Below, one piece after another: positions 10,401 through 19,137 of a stretch of DNA of 45,559 bases. How positions within the stretch are numbered: position 1 is the stretch's first letter; each line of letters begins with the position of its first letter. The DNA comes from Patescibacteria group bacterium (lineage in GTDB: Bacteria; Patescibacteriota; Minisyncoccia; Minisyncoccales; JANBVM01): assembly GCA_024239015.1 (NCBI GenBank), contig JANBVM010000002.1, positions 8,204-53,762 of the forward strand, written 5' to 3'. The notes beneath the pieces were generated by a model, which was given only the letters and a program-made list of their open reading frames with translations, ran no database searches and had not been told where the DNA came from. A program made the position numbers and the translations under genes.

Positions 10401-10620
10401 TAAACTTATTTTAGACTTAATAAATGCACTTCCAGGAAGTATTACTGAGAATGATCTCAGAACAATTCAAACATTTACATTGTTAACACGTCCAACGCGC
10501 AATCCTGGCAGTCATGGAGGAATACTAGATAAAACAATTTTTATTAATAATATTTCAAAAATAATAGAATCCATAAATAAAACTTTAATAGTTTTTGAGA
10601 AATTTTATTCTAATAAATAA
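7480..10620 (+). CDS. Large TPR-repeat protein with C-terminal HEPN-like (RxxxxH) domain
   Basis: Canonical TPRs (GVSLADLGYFDDAIEYFNKAL; NNIGTVY...AIEKFELALEINPNN); C-terminal RNPGSH. Confidence 0.7.
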   Translation: MKQKERNKKEINTIKEKYDPYFLLERFIFRQRVEFINQIETIPKTNYKEVGRELLLQNLFLKKIRLDPGFRFKIYDELNQNKGILRRIKREIINFVQESDLFKNFQSQSKKIDKDLEIYEMRFRIQDIGGYNYPKIFTSALLPTKTKKSWFHQKWKAYMEAGKKPEAYAAESILMEFITEYHQGYYLFWTTNPYGENRNAYHYLLNAIREVVENINPFFLDYIDAQRNNILLFESMQDIIDNLNFQLLLKDINEYIEHFQDIVKSEADLLNKVKLRRSFFVIAGILYFNSLKTKIKLNYLNRFYGIDFVIEYFLKNPDFYDYNQFIGDLPIWYKFGFLPDFQPILEINLEKFENEVKVNSAKGNINVLLILTKYLCKSLIEQKKYNKALQILFDKFPFLNDCKEAFKNSKEVLINLIDPKSCVQIEILFLLAKMGAKSNKNAIVKFVIKIYYLMRNREDNTNNKIKFEILRSILYRLVNDFNNERKIINSLNVNFKELLKNKETNPFEVVFSLFPPNLLTSEGFHYAKNKPFIHDFESIEIFEREPLIPLSFETYFIYADYRKIILQNNANNILVFNENFRELNKLLNRCLEAQSMASFNQAVRLRSDIEESSYQEYEKERLKIIYETLAFPFLYFKEYGSAIYYLNLALKFKPADAYYNKYLTILHLFQEDYEKASKNLFKIYQISDHFTYMSVNANMKSLFQYLIIWFKKDKFNKLILKMISEPEYIKSFVKKLDIIYCDVGVSLADLGYFDDAIEYFNKALDITQNDDFKASLLNNIGTVYSDTIKLNNAIEKFELALEINPNNPIFWNNLAKMYQFKLNNIKAKEIFLEAEKHFKDIDKKTADIMYAHSLIMDMHIMGIINLNIVHEKDALSHFKLAGQLVRNVNNLNNLTENTGIIFIELTNGFDCCFHSTFSKSFLDVLINVYPSKSKIPDEDWKKLPLGLRELWKGNHMSMGHISFLIDELLDPNSNKLILDLINALPGSITENDLRTIQTFTLLTRPTRNPGSHGGILDKTIFINNISKIIESINKTLIVFEKFYSNK

Positions 10621-10912
10621 TTTAATTCGGTTAAATAGGACCACATAACGGCTAAAAATTATTTATATTTTTATCGATATCAATTTGTTTATCATTCATT
10701 ATTTCTATCTATGATTTTTGTTTTTATTCACGTAAAATTCATGTTTATTTTCAGAATTATCCTTTTTATTTAAAAATTTCATGTACTTATTAAGTATCCC
10801 AAAAGTAATTACTTGCTGCATTCATTTCTAGAACTATGGTTGCATGGTAATTGTAGTAAGATATTAATTTCTCAATTTCAGATTTTAGATTCATAAATAC
10901 ACTATTATAATT

Positions 10913-12013
10913 TTAAAGGATTAAATTTTTCAGGATATCGAGGCTTTCTAAATGATCAATAATTGCTTTATTTAGTTTAGTCGCTATCTTAAATTTTTCA
11001 TTTATAATGGCGCTTCTATCCGGGGCTATTTCGAAACCATATTTTGTTAAATAATGATGTTGAACCTTGAAAGAAATTAAAGTTAAATATTCCATTATAT
11101 TTCCTTCCGTTAAAGAATTGTTTTTGTTTGTAAACCAATCTTTATTTTCGTCTTTGCGATATACTTTAATTGGAGAATTAGGTTTTTTATAAAAAATCTT
11201 TCCATAATTTGAATCTCTACATATGAAAACTTGTTTATAATGATTTTCTGGACATAATTTTTGTATTTGTTCTTGGAAGATTGTGTTAAGAATGGGTTGA
11301 TAGATTTGGGTACATTCTTCATGATATTTAATTTCTATAACGGGATATTTTATATTTAATGTTCCAGGAACTACTACTTCAACATTTTGATCATATAATA
11401 AAAATCTTTTTCTTGGATAGGGTAATCCAAAACTCTTTGCTAAAAGAAAATCATCACATATGTTGAGAAACCCAAAATTATTTATAATTAAAAAGAAACT
11501 TAAAGGATAATGCATAAATGCTGGTAAACCTGTACCTCCAAAAAGTAAGTAATTTTTCCTTTTATTAATCTTATAAATCAAAAGCATTCTATCTTTAGTT
11601 TGTACACCCTGATTTATATAATATTTTGGTTGAATCCCAAGAAAATTATTACTATCATATAAGTTAGCTATATAAAGCCCAATTCTAATCTTATCAAACC
11701 AAGTCAATAATAAATTAAAATTTTTGTTTGATAGGGGTCTTTCACTTAAAATTCTTAATATAACATCCTTTGCATTACCCTCTAACTTAGAAAATTTGCT
11801 ATTACACATATTACAAGCAGGATATACAAAACTATCAAAAGTAAAGTCATTAAAATCAAGAATTAACTTATTACCTTTATCGAATTTATAATAAGGTCCA
11901 AAACGTAATATTTTGTTTTTTTGATTAGTAAGCTCAATTAACCATTCTGGTATAATGTGTTCTTTTGTTTTTTTTTTAGTAATCTTCCCACAGAATATAC
12001 ATATTTTTTTCAT
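10913..12013 (-). CDS. HNH-endonuclease-domain protein
   Basis: CIFCG...TKEHIIPEWL...PACNMCNSKFSKLE zinc-bound HNH pattern. Confidence 0.75.
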   Translation of the reverse strand: MKKICIFCGKITKKKTKEHIIPEWLIELTNQKNKILRFGPYYKFDKGNKLILDFNDFTFDSFVYPACNMCNSKFSKLEGNAKDVILRILSERPLSNKNFNLLLTWFDKIRIGLYIANLYDSNNFLGIQPKYYINQGVQTKDRMLLIYKINKRKNYLLFGGTGLPAFMHYPLSFFLIINNFGFLNICDDFLLAKSFGLPYPRKRFLLYDQNVEVVVPGTLNIKYPVIEIKYHEECTQIYQPILNTIFQEQIQKLCPENHYKQVFICRDSNYGKIFYKKPNSPIKVYRKDENKDWFTNKNNSLTEGNIMEYLTLISFKVQHHYLTKYGFEIAPDRSAIINEKFKIATKLNKAIIDHLESLDILKNLIL

Positions 12014-12902
12014 TTCTATAAATATGAAATAAATTTGAATTTATTTAATTTATCTGTGAAAGGTAGTAGACTTTTTAATTAAACATATCCTCAAAGTTCA
12101 CTTTTTTATTTATTTATATTCTACAAATATAATGATAACTCTCAATGAAATATTAAATTTAGTGAATAAAATCGTAAAAAAATAAAAAACGTTATCTGAA
12201 GAAGTTATTAATAACTCTGTAATATCGTTAGCTCAATTCTTTTCAAATTATGCCAATCAATTTATGTAAAATTACAAAAATCAGGTGAATTGTTCCTAAC
12301 AACAATAGCTAGGTTAATAGAGGCTTAAGAAAGATTCATATTGAGAAAATACATGCCAAATTCTTAAAAGATTTAAATATAACATCTACTAAGTAGAAAA
12401 TCTCAAGATTAACCGGAAATTATGCTTATATTTTAAAAAGGGAGATAAAATTTAAATTGGATCTTCCTTAAATATATTCTTGAAATCAATGCTGCTTATC
12501 TCTCTTGATTGGTTTTGATAAAATAGTGATTAGAAGAAACAATGAAAACTAAATTTCATTTCTCTGAAACACCATTTAGATTAGGATATAGATTTTTTTA
12601 TTTATATATTCATTATCATTCTTTTCTTAACCCATAATAAACGCAACAGAAATATAACTTTTCCCCTATAATTATGAAATATCCCAAAGATTACTAATTA
12701 AATCAGGAAACGAATAGGTTAACCTTTTTTAAAATCAGTTATCATATATTTGTATCCTAATTAGCATATACTATGGGCGCCATTTGAATGAACAATAAAC
12801 ATGAGATTTATTAAGGTTAAAAGGCTCTCTTTATATTAAGTTTGTTTCAATATTATTATGATATACGGCTCTTAATTAGACTCAATTGGAAGTGATTTCG
12901 CT

Positions 12903-13103
12903 TTGGCAAAAAAAACGACAAATATGAAGAATGAACCTAGGAAATATGACTTAAAAATACCGTATGAGTTATTCAAGGTTATCAAAAATCACATCGAAAA
13001 TCATAAAGAATTAGGCTATTCTAATGTAAGTCAATATCTAAACGAACTAATCAGATTGGATATAAAAAGGATATTACAAGAAGAAAAAGAGCGAAAAGAT
13101 TAA
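12903..13103 (+). CDS. Ribbon-helix-helix (CopG/NikR-like) regulator
   Basis: LKIPYELFKVIKNHIE...GYSNVSQYLNELIR is a typical archaeal RHH. Confidence 0.7.
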   Translation: MAKKTTNMKNEPRKYDLKIPYELFKVIKNHIENHKELGYSNVSQYLNELIRLDIKRILQEEKERKD

Positions 13104-13335
13104 CTCATACCATATGGTATTTTTAGTATAATATTGCTCCAATTTTATGCCGATTCGAAGGCTTCTTGAGTTAGGTACATCTTTTTTTATATTCTTATAA
13201 TTGTTTTTACTATACCTATATAGCCCGGTGGGGGTAAGTAAAGGGATACACAACTAATAAAGAAAAAGACATATTATCTGTTATATTAGGAATTATTGAA
13301 TAAGAAAGAAAATACCCTTTTGAGGAAGTGACCTA

Positions 13336-13530
13336 ATGGATTATAACATAATAATCAAAGGTAATAAAGATAATGCCAAAGCCACAGAAGAGGACGTGGG
13401 CATCAAAGACTTAAAGTGGGATTCAATTGGTTTAGAAGAAATAGTTGAAGGCCTTGGAATAATGAGTGAGAAAGAAATAAAAGAAGCTACGGAATTTAAT
13501 ATTGACAGAGAATCCTGTATTACTGTTTAA
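13336..13530 (+). CDS. Small acidic hypothetical protein
   Basis: 64-aa ORF with GAGGAAGTGA upstream. Confidence 0.45.
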   Translation: MDYNIIIKGNKDNAKATEEDVGIKDLKWDSIGLEEIVEGLGIMSEKEIKEATEFNIDRESCITV

Positions 13531-13575
13531 TAAAATATAAGATTTATGGCAAGAATACAGAAAAAGAAAAAAAAT

Positions 13576-15777
13576 TTAGGTCTCTATATTACAATCTCTT
13601 TTCCAGTCGCACCAAAATTTCTCTAACGCATCAAGCCCGTATTTACTAATAGACGAAAAATCATGAAAGAAATCAACTATGACTTTGTTTGGAATCTTGT
13701 CATATTTAGTAAAGACTTCAAATACTCGTTTATAGATATTAAGGAAACGCCAAAAGGTTTCTTCATCAAGTTTTTCGTGTTTCGTATGTTTTTGAACAGA
13801 TTTACATTCATATAGGTTATCCCCCTTAACCGAATCCCATTTTTCAGTAAAAGGGTCATAAATAAATAGCGAACCTATGGTATCGGCAGAAGTAATCTCG
13901 GCAATTTGAATTATCTTTCTCGCACTTGAATCAAAATCCTTTTTCATTAAGATTATCAAATCTAAATCATTAAAACAAGAGGGGTCGATTTTAAAGTGAT
14001 AGCGGAAACGATTTACTAACGATTCTATATTATCAGCATGAATAGTTTGAAAACCTCTCAACCCTGCTGATAAACAATGAAACAATGCTTCCGCTTCTTC
14101 TTTTTCTAATATTTCTCCTAGATAAATTGTGTCAGGAGACCGATGTAAAAGCTTTTTAATTTGATTACTTTTCGAATATTTAGGGTCTATATCGTCTTCT
14201 AAGGAATCAACCTTATATTTTAATTGATGTTTACCAAAATCTTCTTGATTTAACGATTCTATAGCATTTTCTATGTATATTTTTCTAAATTCTTTTGGCA
14301 ATAATAAGTCTAACGCATTGATTAAGGTAGTTTTTCCTGTATCAGTTTCTCCCGTTACAGTGATGTTATTCCTTCTTAAAATATTAAAATAAAGAAAGGA
14401 AGCGATTAAAGGATTCAATGTGTTATTCTGGAGTAAATCTTGAATGTTTAGAATGTTCTTGTTTAACTTTCGAATATCAAAAGAAAAACTTGAAGCGTGT
14501 ATTGGGGCAATATCTATCGTAAATCTACAAAAGAAATATTTATTTCTCATAGTAAATTTTATACTTGGATTAGCATAATCTAATCTCTCGCCGCTATAAA
14601 GCCTTATGAATGTTTTCAATCGCTCAATCTCATCAACTTTAAACTTAAGGTCTGTTCGACAACGACCATATGTTTGATGGTTAATGTAAATATAAGACTC
14701 TGAAGAATCTAAGAAAATTTCTTCAATCTTGTCATCAATTAAAAAGGGAAACAGTTTCGATAAGTTTATGGCTTCAAATGTAGCTAATAAACTAATTCTT
14801 TCTTGTTCACTCTTGGTGAGTTTGTATTTATCAGCAAGATAAGTTATCCCTTCATATAAGTATTTATCAATAAGTTCCTCAAATGTTAATATACTGTCTA
14901 ATTTGAAAGCCTCAATTAGAAATTCTCTAACATCCTTAGTAATCCCTCTAAAAAAACCCCTTTCCTCTTCTGTTTCATAGAGTAAGTTGACTTCGTACAG
15001 TTTTTCATAATCCCTCCCCATATCATACATGAGTATTTTGAATATATTATAATCTCCGATTTTATAGGAGTTAATCAACTTAGGTTTCTCTTTTTTAATC
15101 GCCGGTGTTTCTTTCTCCTCTGTCAATTTTGGAGTAGGGTCAGTTTTAATAGAATTGTTAAATAAAGCTTTGTAATACTCCAAGTATGTGTGAAAAACAT
15201 TATTTTTCTTACAAAAATTGCGATAATCTTTAATAATATTAAACTCGTTAATCATCACTAAGAATGCATTATATTCCTCTAACATCTCTTTTTTACAGTG
15301 AAAGCACCTAACATTGTTTATTTCATTTTTCTTGACAAGGTTATACCGCATCTGAACAATGTTGTAAAGCTCTATTGGGTTATTGTAATTAATCTTGGAA
15401 GGTCTAATCACCGAATAAAACTCGGAGAAAATGTCGCATTTCATACCATTTTTAATGCATTCCTGATTGAGTTCTAAATCAATAGGTTTGTAATAATTCT
15501 TGATATTCTTTATCTTCTTGAAATATTCCAAGAAAAAGTCATTTTTCTCTTTCCTCAAAGAATAAATGATATCAGTTTTTAATGAGAAAGAGTCAAATTT
15601 CTTTCGTTTAATCTTATATAACGAGTTTAAAAAGCATGATACACATCTCTTTGTTTTTAGAAAAGCTCCCGTATATTTCGGGCATTTCTTACAATCTATA
15701 AGAACTAAACGCTCCTTTTTACCATGAAAATTTTCCCTCTCTTGAAAAACAAGTAGATTATAATCTTTAACTGTCAT
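13576..15777 (-). CDS. Type IV pilus/Tad secretion ATPase (TadA/CpaF/VirB11 family) with Cys-rich N-terminal domain
   Basis: Walker A GETDTGKTT, IENAIE Asp box, LHRSPDTIYLGEI Walker B, TIHA His box, IEEIF and FDIRK motifs. Confidence 0.9.
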   Translation of the reverse strand: MTVKDYNLLVFQERENFHGKKERLVLIDCKKCPKYTGAFLKTKRCVSCFLNSLYKIKRKKFDSFSLKTDIIYSLRKEKNDFFLEYFKKIKNIKNYYKPIDLELNQECIKNGMKCDIFSEFYSVIRPSKINYNNPIELYNIVQMRYNLVKKNEINNVRCFHCKKEMLEEYNAFLVMINEFNIIKDYRNFCKKNNVFHTYLEYYKALFNNSIKTDPTPKLTEEKETPAIKKEKPKLINSYKIGDYNIFKILMYDMGRDYEKLYEVNLLYETEEERGFFRGITKDVREFLIEAFKLDSILTFEELIDKYLYEGITYLADKYKLTKSEQERISLLATFEAINLSKLFPFLIDDKIEEIFLDSSESYIYINHQTYGRCRTDLKFKVDEIERLKTFIRLYSGERLDYANPSIKFTMRNKYFFCRFTIDIAPIHASSFSFDIRKLNKNILNIQDLLQNNTLNPLIASFLYFNILRRNNITVTGETDTGKTTLINALDLLLPKEFRKIYIENAIESLNQEDFGKHQLKYKVDSLEDDIDPKYSKSNQIKKLLHRSPDTIYLGEILEKEEAEALFHCLSAGLRGFQTIHADNIESLVNRFRYHFKIDPSCFNDLDLIILMKKDFDSSARKIIQIAEITSADTIGSLFIYDPFTEKWDSVKGDNLYECKSVQKHTKHEKLDEETFWRFLNIYKRVFEVFTKYDKIPNKVIVDFFHDFSSISKYGLDALEKFWCDWKRDCNIET

Positions 15778-15812
15778 CTCTAATATTTATTAACATAAAA
15801 ATTTAAAGTGCT

Positions 15813-16952
15813 CTAAGATTTGAACTCTCTTACATCAAATTGTAAAAAGGTATTATAATCGAGGATTCTTACATTTGGTAATTCTGTTAATTTCTTAACC
15901 TTAATCATTTCCGCATATTGAGAATCATCAATAATTAAGATATAGATGCTATATTTAGGATATATTTTGTCGAAAATCCTTGAAATTAGTTGGAAATCGA
16001 TTTCCTTAAAAATCATGAACATTAACTTGGATTCAATCAATATTGATTTTGGATTTAATCTATGAAACACAACTCCGTTCTCCTCTAAAGATTTTTCAAA
16101 TTCTATATTCACCTGATTAATGTCTATTTCCTTTTTTTTATATCGTGAAATTAATATTTCTTCCATATCTTTAAACAATAGGTAATGGTCGGAAATATCT
16201 AATCTCCACAAAACCTTATAAACATCATTTATTTCTAAGCTAAAAGGTTCTACTATATCATAATCAAAGAATCTATTAATTTCATATTCAAGATTAAATT
16301 CATCCTGAATGTCATGCTTTAATTCAATAAAGTATCCTGAAGTAACTATCAAATCTTCTGATTCCGACTTAAAATTAAAAACCAAATATCCTTCTATATT
16401 AAATTTTTTGATTAAATTGGTAAAATTGTATATAAAATTGTCTTTATTCTCTAATTCAGATAAATCTAAATTATAAATATCCAATAAACTAAAATCCCTC
16501 TCGTTTTCTATGATTATCGAATCAGTAGACTTTAACTTATGAACTTTTGAATCAAGAAAAGTAAACCCTATTTTAAAAAATTGATTTTCTAATTGCTTTT
16601 TTTCTAAAAATGAGAAAGGTAATAAATTCTTATTAGCCAAAATTTTTTTAAGGGAGTTAACCGTATCTAAAATTGTATTTATATCAAAATCAACCAAGCA
16701 TAGTATAAAATATTCCTCGATAGTTCTCGAAATTGAGATTTGAAATGTAAAATAACTAAGACTTCCCTTTTCTATTAATTCCTTCAGAACTGATAAAGTA
16801 TTAACTAAATCCGACACTTTAATTATAGAAAAGGCAACAACTTTCTTTACTTTATTGAGACTTGGGAAAAAAATTAGTTCTTTATCAACCGAATAAGATT
16901 TGAGCTTAAATTTTCCTTTTTTTACTGTAGCACACATATCAGTCACTCTCAT
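15813..16952 (-). CDS. Hypothetical protein in ATPase operon
   Basis: 379-aa intact ORF, tightly packed and co-oriented. Confidence 0.7.
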   Translation of the reverse strand: MRVTDMCATVKKGKFKLKSYSVDKELIFFPSLNKVKKVVAFSIIKVSDLVNTLSVLKELIEKGSLSYFTFQISISRTIEEYFILCLVDFDINTILDTVNSLKKILANKNLLPFSFLEKKQLENQFFKIGFTFLDSKVHKLKSTDSIIIENERDFSLLDIYNLDLSELENKDNFIYNFTNLIKKFNIEGYLVFNFKSESEDLIVTSGYFIELKHDIQDEFNLEYEINRFFDYDIVEPFSLEINDVYKVLWRLDISDHYLLFKDMEEILISRYKKKEIDINQVNIEFEKSLEENGVVFHRLNPKSILIESKLMFMIFKEIDFQLISRIFDKIYPKYSIYILIIDDSQYAEMIKVKKLTELPNVRILDYNTFLQFDVREFKS

Positions 16953-16959
16953 TTAATAT

Positions 16960-17256
16960 TTAGGCAAAAAAACATAGATAAACCAACATAGTAAATAAAT
17001 ACATACCTACAAAGACATATATCATTGTAGAGAAGTAGAACAGAGAATTAAAGAATAATAAATTTTGTAGATTAAGAGAATATAATATTGTTTTTAACAA
17101 ATTCATTATATAAAGAAAAGGCAATAAGAATAAAAGATAAATCCCAAAAGAGTAGAAGACTATGATTAAATCTGTAGCTATAGCATTATACATAAATAAA
17201 ACCACAAACAAACCGAGTATTCCAAACATTTCAATGAGGTGTACTTGCAATCTCAT
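16960..17256 (-). CDS. Small membrane protein (about 3 TM)
   Basis: Three hydrophobic stretches in 98 aa; overlaps the upstream ORF. Confidence 0.65.
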   Translation of the reverse strand: MRLQVHLIEMFGILGLFVVLFMYNAIATDLIIVFYSFGIYLLFLLPFLYIMNLLKTILYSLNLQNLLFFNSLFYFSTMIYVFVGMYLFTMLVYLCFFA

Positions 17257-17995
17257 ATAACCTTCTTATTATTTTAGATATAATTTCAAAAAGCATACAT
17301 GCCGATTCTCCTATTTTATGAGTCTTTACCCTCAAATGTCGCCTATATTCATCGAGCTCTTCATAAAACTGAAATCGAAGACCCCTTTCATGCACTTGTA
17401 GTAGAAAATCGTCGACCGAACTATAACCAATATTCAGATATTTGGCTAACCTTGATAAAAAATAATTGAAAAAATTATTACATTGAGTAATGACTTCCGA
17501 GTAATAACCTGAATTGTATGTATATTGAATTTCATCGTACCAATCAGCTAATTTATCTAACTCCATGTTTGGCTTTTGATTATTATTGGGTTGATATGTT
17601 AGTCTATTCTTTTGAGGTATCATTCTCACATTTGGGTTCTGGTTCTCAAGAACATTAGGGGGATAAGCATTCGGTAATTGTCTATTCTGAGCAATTTCCC
17701 CAAGTTGTTTCTGATGTTTGCCCCCCACATCAAAATTCTCAATATGCTCAATGTTTTTAATATTAATGTTATAATTATCAGGATGAGAATATTTTCTCTT
17801 TAATCGCTCTTTTCTGTGTTTTCTATATGATTTAACTGCCTTTTTAATACCCCTTTTTGTGTCCTTTTTTGCTCTTTTTACTATTGGTTTAAATGTGTGT
17901 TTGTACCAAGGGTCAAAACGATTATTCTTCCAATTAGAAAAATCCTCTTTTTTATCCCTTATCTTTTCCGATATTCTTTTCTTCTCATATTCCAT
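17231..17995 (-). CDS. Hypothetical protein: basic N-terminus, N/Q/P-rich linker, helical (possibly HEPN-like) C-terminus
   Basis: 254-aa ORF; C-terminal YSEVITQCNNFF...ELDEYRRHLRVKTH. Confidence 0.6.
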   Translation of the reverse strand: MEYEKKRISEKIRDKKEDFSNWKNNRFDPWYKHTFKPIVKRAKKDTKRGIKKAVKSYRKHRKERLKRKYSHPDNYNINIKNIEHIENFDVGGKHQKQLGEIAQNRQLPNAYPPNVLENQNPNVRMIPQKNRLTYQPNNNQKPNMELDKLADWYDEIQYTYNSGYYSEVITQCNNFFNYFLSRLAKYLNIGYSSVDDFLLQVHERGLRFQFYEELDEYRRHLRVKTHKIGESACMLFEIISKIIRRLYEIASTPH

Positions 17996-18014
17996 GATAT
18001 TTACCTTTTTTAAT

Positions 18015-18413
18015 TTAATTTTCTACAATTATATCAAATTGACCGTAGAAAGCTTTAAAGAAATCTGACAATAAAGCTTGTGCGTTCTTTAAATCATTAT
18101 CTACTTTCTCTTTAAGGACATCGTTGACTAATATCAAGATTAATTCGAGGTTTCCAATTGTTAGGCAAGGGCTTTTATTAAACTCTTTTTTCTCTTTGAA
18201 AATCTTATACAGATAATGAATGAGTTTCAGAACCTCTTTCTCACAGCTCCTTTGGATTCTTTCATTGAGTAATCCCCAATAATTAATATAAATGAGTTCA
18301 AGAGCAATAACAAGATTTTGATAATCTCTTTCTTTGAATATCGGAATCTCAAATTTTTTTGAATTATCATATACTTTTGTCATATTGCACCACCTAACTC
18401 CGATAATACACAT
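18015..18413 (-). CDS. Hypothetical helical protein
   Basis: Operon position; probable start at internal MTKVY behind GAGTTAGGTGG. Confidence 0.6.
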   Translation of the reverse strand: MCIIGVRWCNMTKVYDNSKKFEIPIFKERDYQNLVIALELIYINYWGLLNERIQRSCEKEVLKLIHYLYKIFKEKKEFNKSPCLTIGNLELILILVNDVLKEKVDNDLKNAQALLSDFFKAFYGQFDIIVEN

Positions 18414-19122
18414 CCTCTATATTTTTATGTCGCCTATATTTCTTATTCATTATTTCTCGTGCTAATTCCTCATCTGATTTCATTAGTATGTCTTTGTTAA
18501 GCAATTTCTTCTTAATTTCCTTAATATCTTTTTTAACACCCCTTAAGCCAGAAGATTTAGCAGATTTCCCTCTCCTTCCTTTTTTCCCGCGCTTTCCTCG
18601 TTTTCCTCTCTTTGGTTTATCATTTTTGTTCTCCTTGTTTTTCATTTTATCCCTTTTGGATTTCTTATCATCTTCCTCTTTTGGTTTTTCTTCTTCAATT
18701 TTTTCCCTTCTTTCTTCTATCTCACGGAAATTCTCTTTTTCTTTTAGAAGAATATTACTGTAATTCTCGTAATCGTTTTTTTCTTCGGCATCTGGTAAAT
18801 CACGATTTTCTTCTAATCCCGTATCTTCCAAGGAATCTTCTTTGTCATATGGCTCATAAGTATTTTCAGCTTCCAACATATCTAATGAATGTTTTTCGTC
18901 TAACGGCACATATTTTTCAGATTTTATATCGTTTTCATTGTCAGATTCTTTATCAAATAAAGAATCATCGGGATCCTCATCCTTATCATTATCTAACTCG
19001 AATGAATCATCGTCATTAATACTATCATCAAAATTTTCTTCCAAATCAGTCAAGTGATAATCCATCTTTTGGTTTAGTTTCTTTAAATTTTCTGATATAA
19101 ATAAAAGGTAACCCACATTCAA
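18394..19122 (-). CDS. Low-complexity acidic/basic block protein
   Basis: D/E-rich N-half; KRGKRGKRGKKGRRGK basic tract. Confidence 0.7.
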   Translation of the reverse strand: MNVGYLLFISENLKKLNQKMDYHLTDLEENFDDSINDDDSFELDNDKDEDPDDSLFDKESDNENDIKSEKYVPLDEKHSLDMLEAENTYEPYDKEDSLEDTGLEENRDLPDAEEKNDYENYSNILLKEKENFREIEERREKIEEEKPKEEDDKKSKRDKMKNKENKNDKPKRGKRGKRGKKGRRGKSAKSSGLRGVKKDIKEIKKKLLNKDILMKSDEELAREIMNKKYRRHKNIEDVYYRS

Positions 19123-19137
19123 GACATTTTGATTTTG

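Noticed and set aside
12014..12900. Long intergenic region as ncRNA
   Set aside because: AT-rich with stop-riddled coding-like fragments and no stable structure evident; probably gene debris
13221..13250. GC-richer patch as tRNA/att site
   Set aside because: No cloverleaf, T-loop or second copy found
18488..19019. Plus-strand ORFs 18488..18763 and 18612..19019 (likewise 494, 1547, 7865, 8502, 11110, 13677, 17859, 21344, 21641, 22566, 23611, 25123, 25930, 32771, 33005, 33264, 33475, 34661, 35245, 35895, 39623, 42447, 44371)
   Set aside because: Antisense or alternate-frame shadows of better-supported genes
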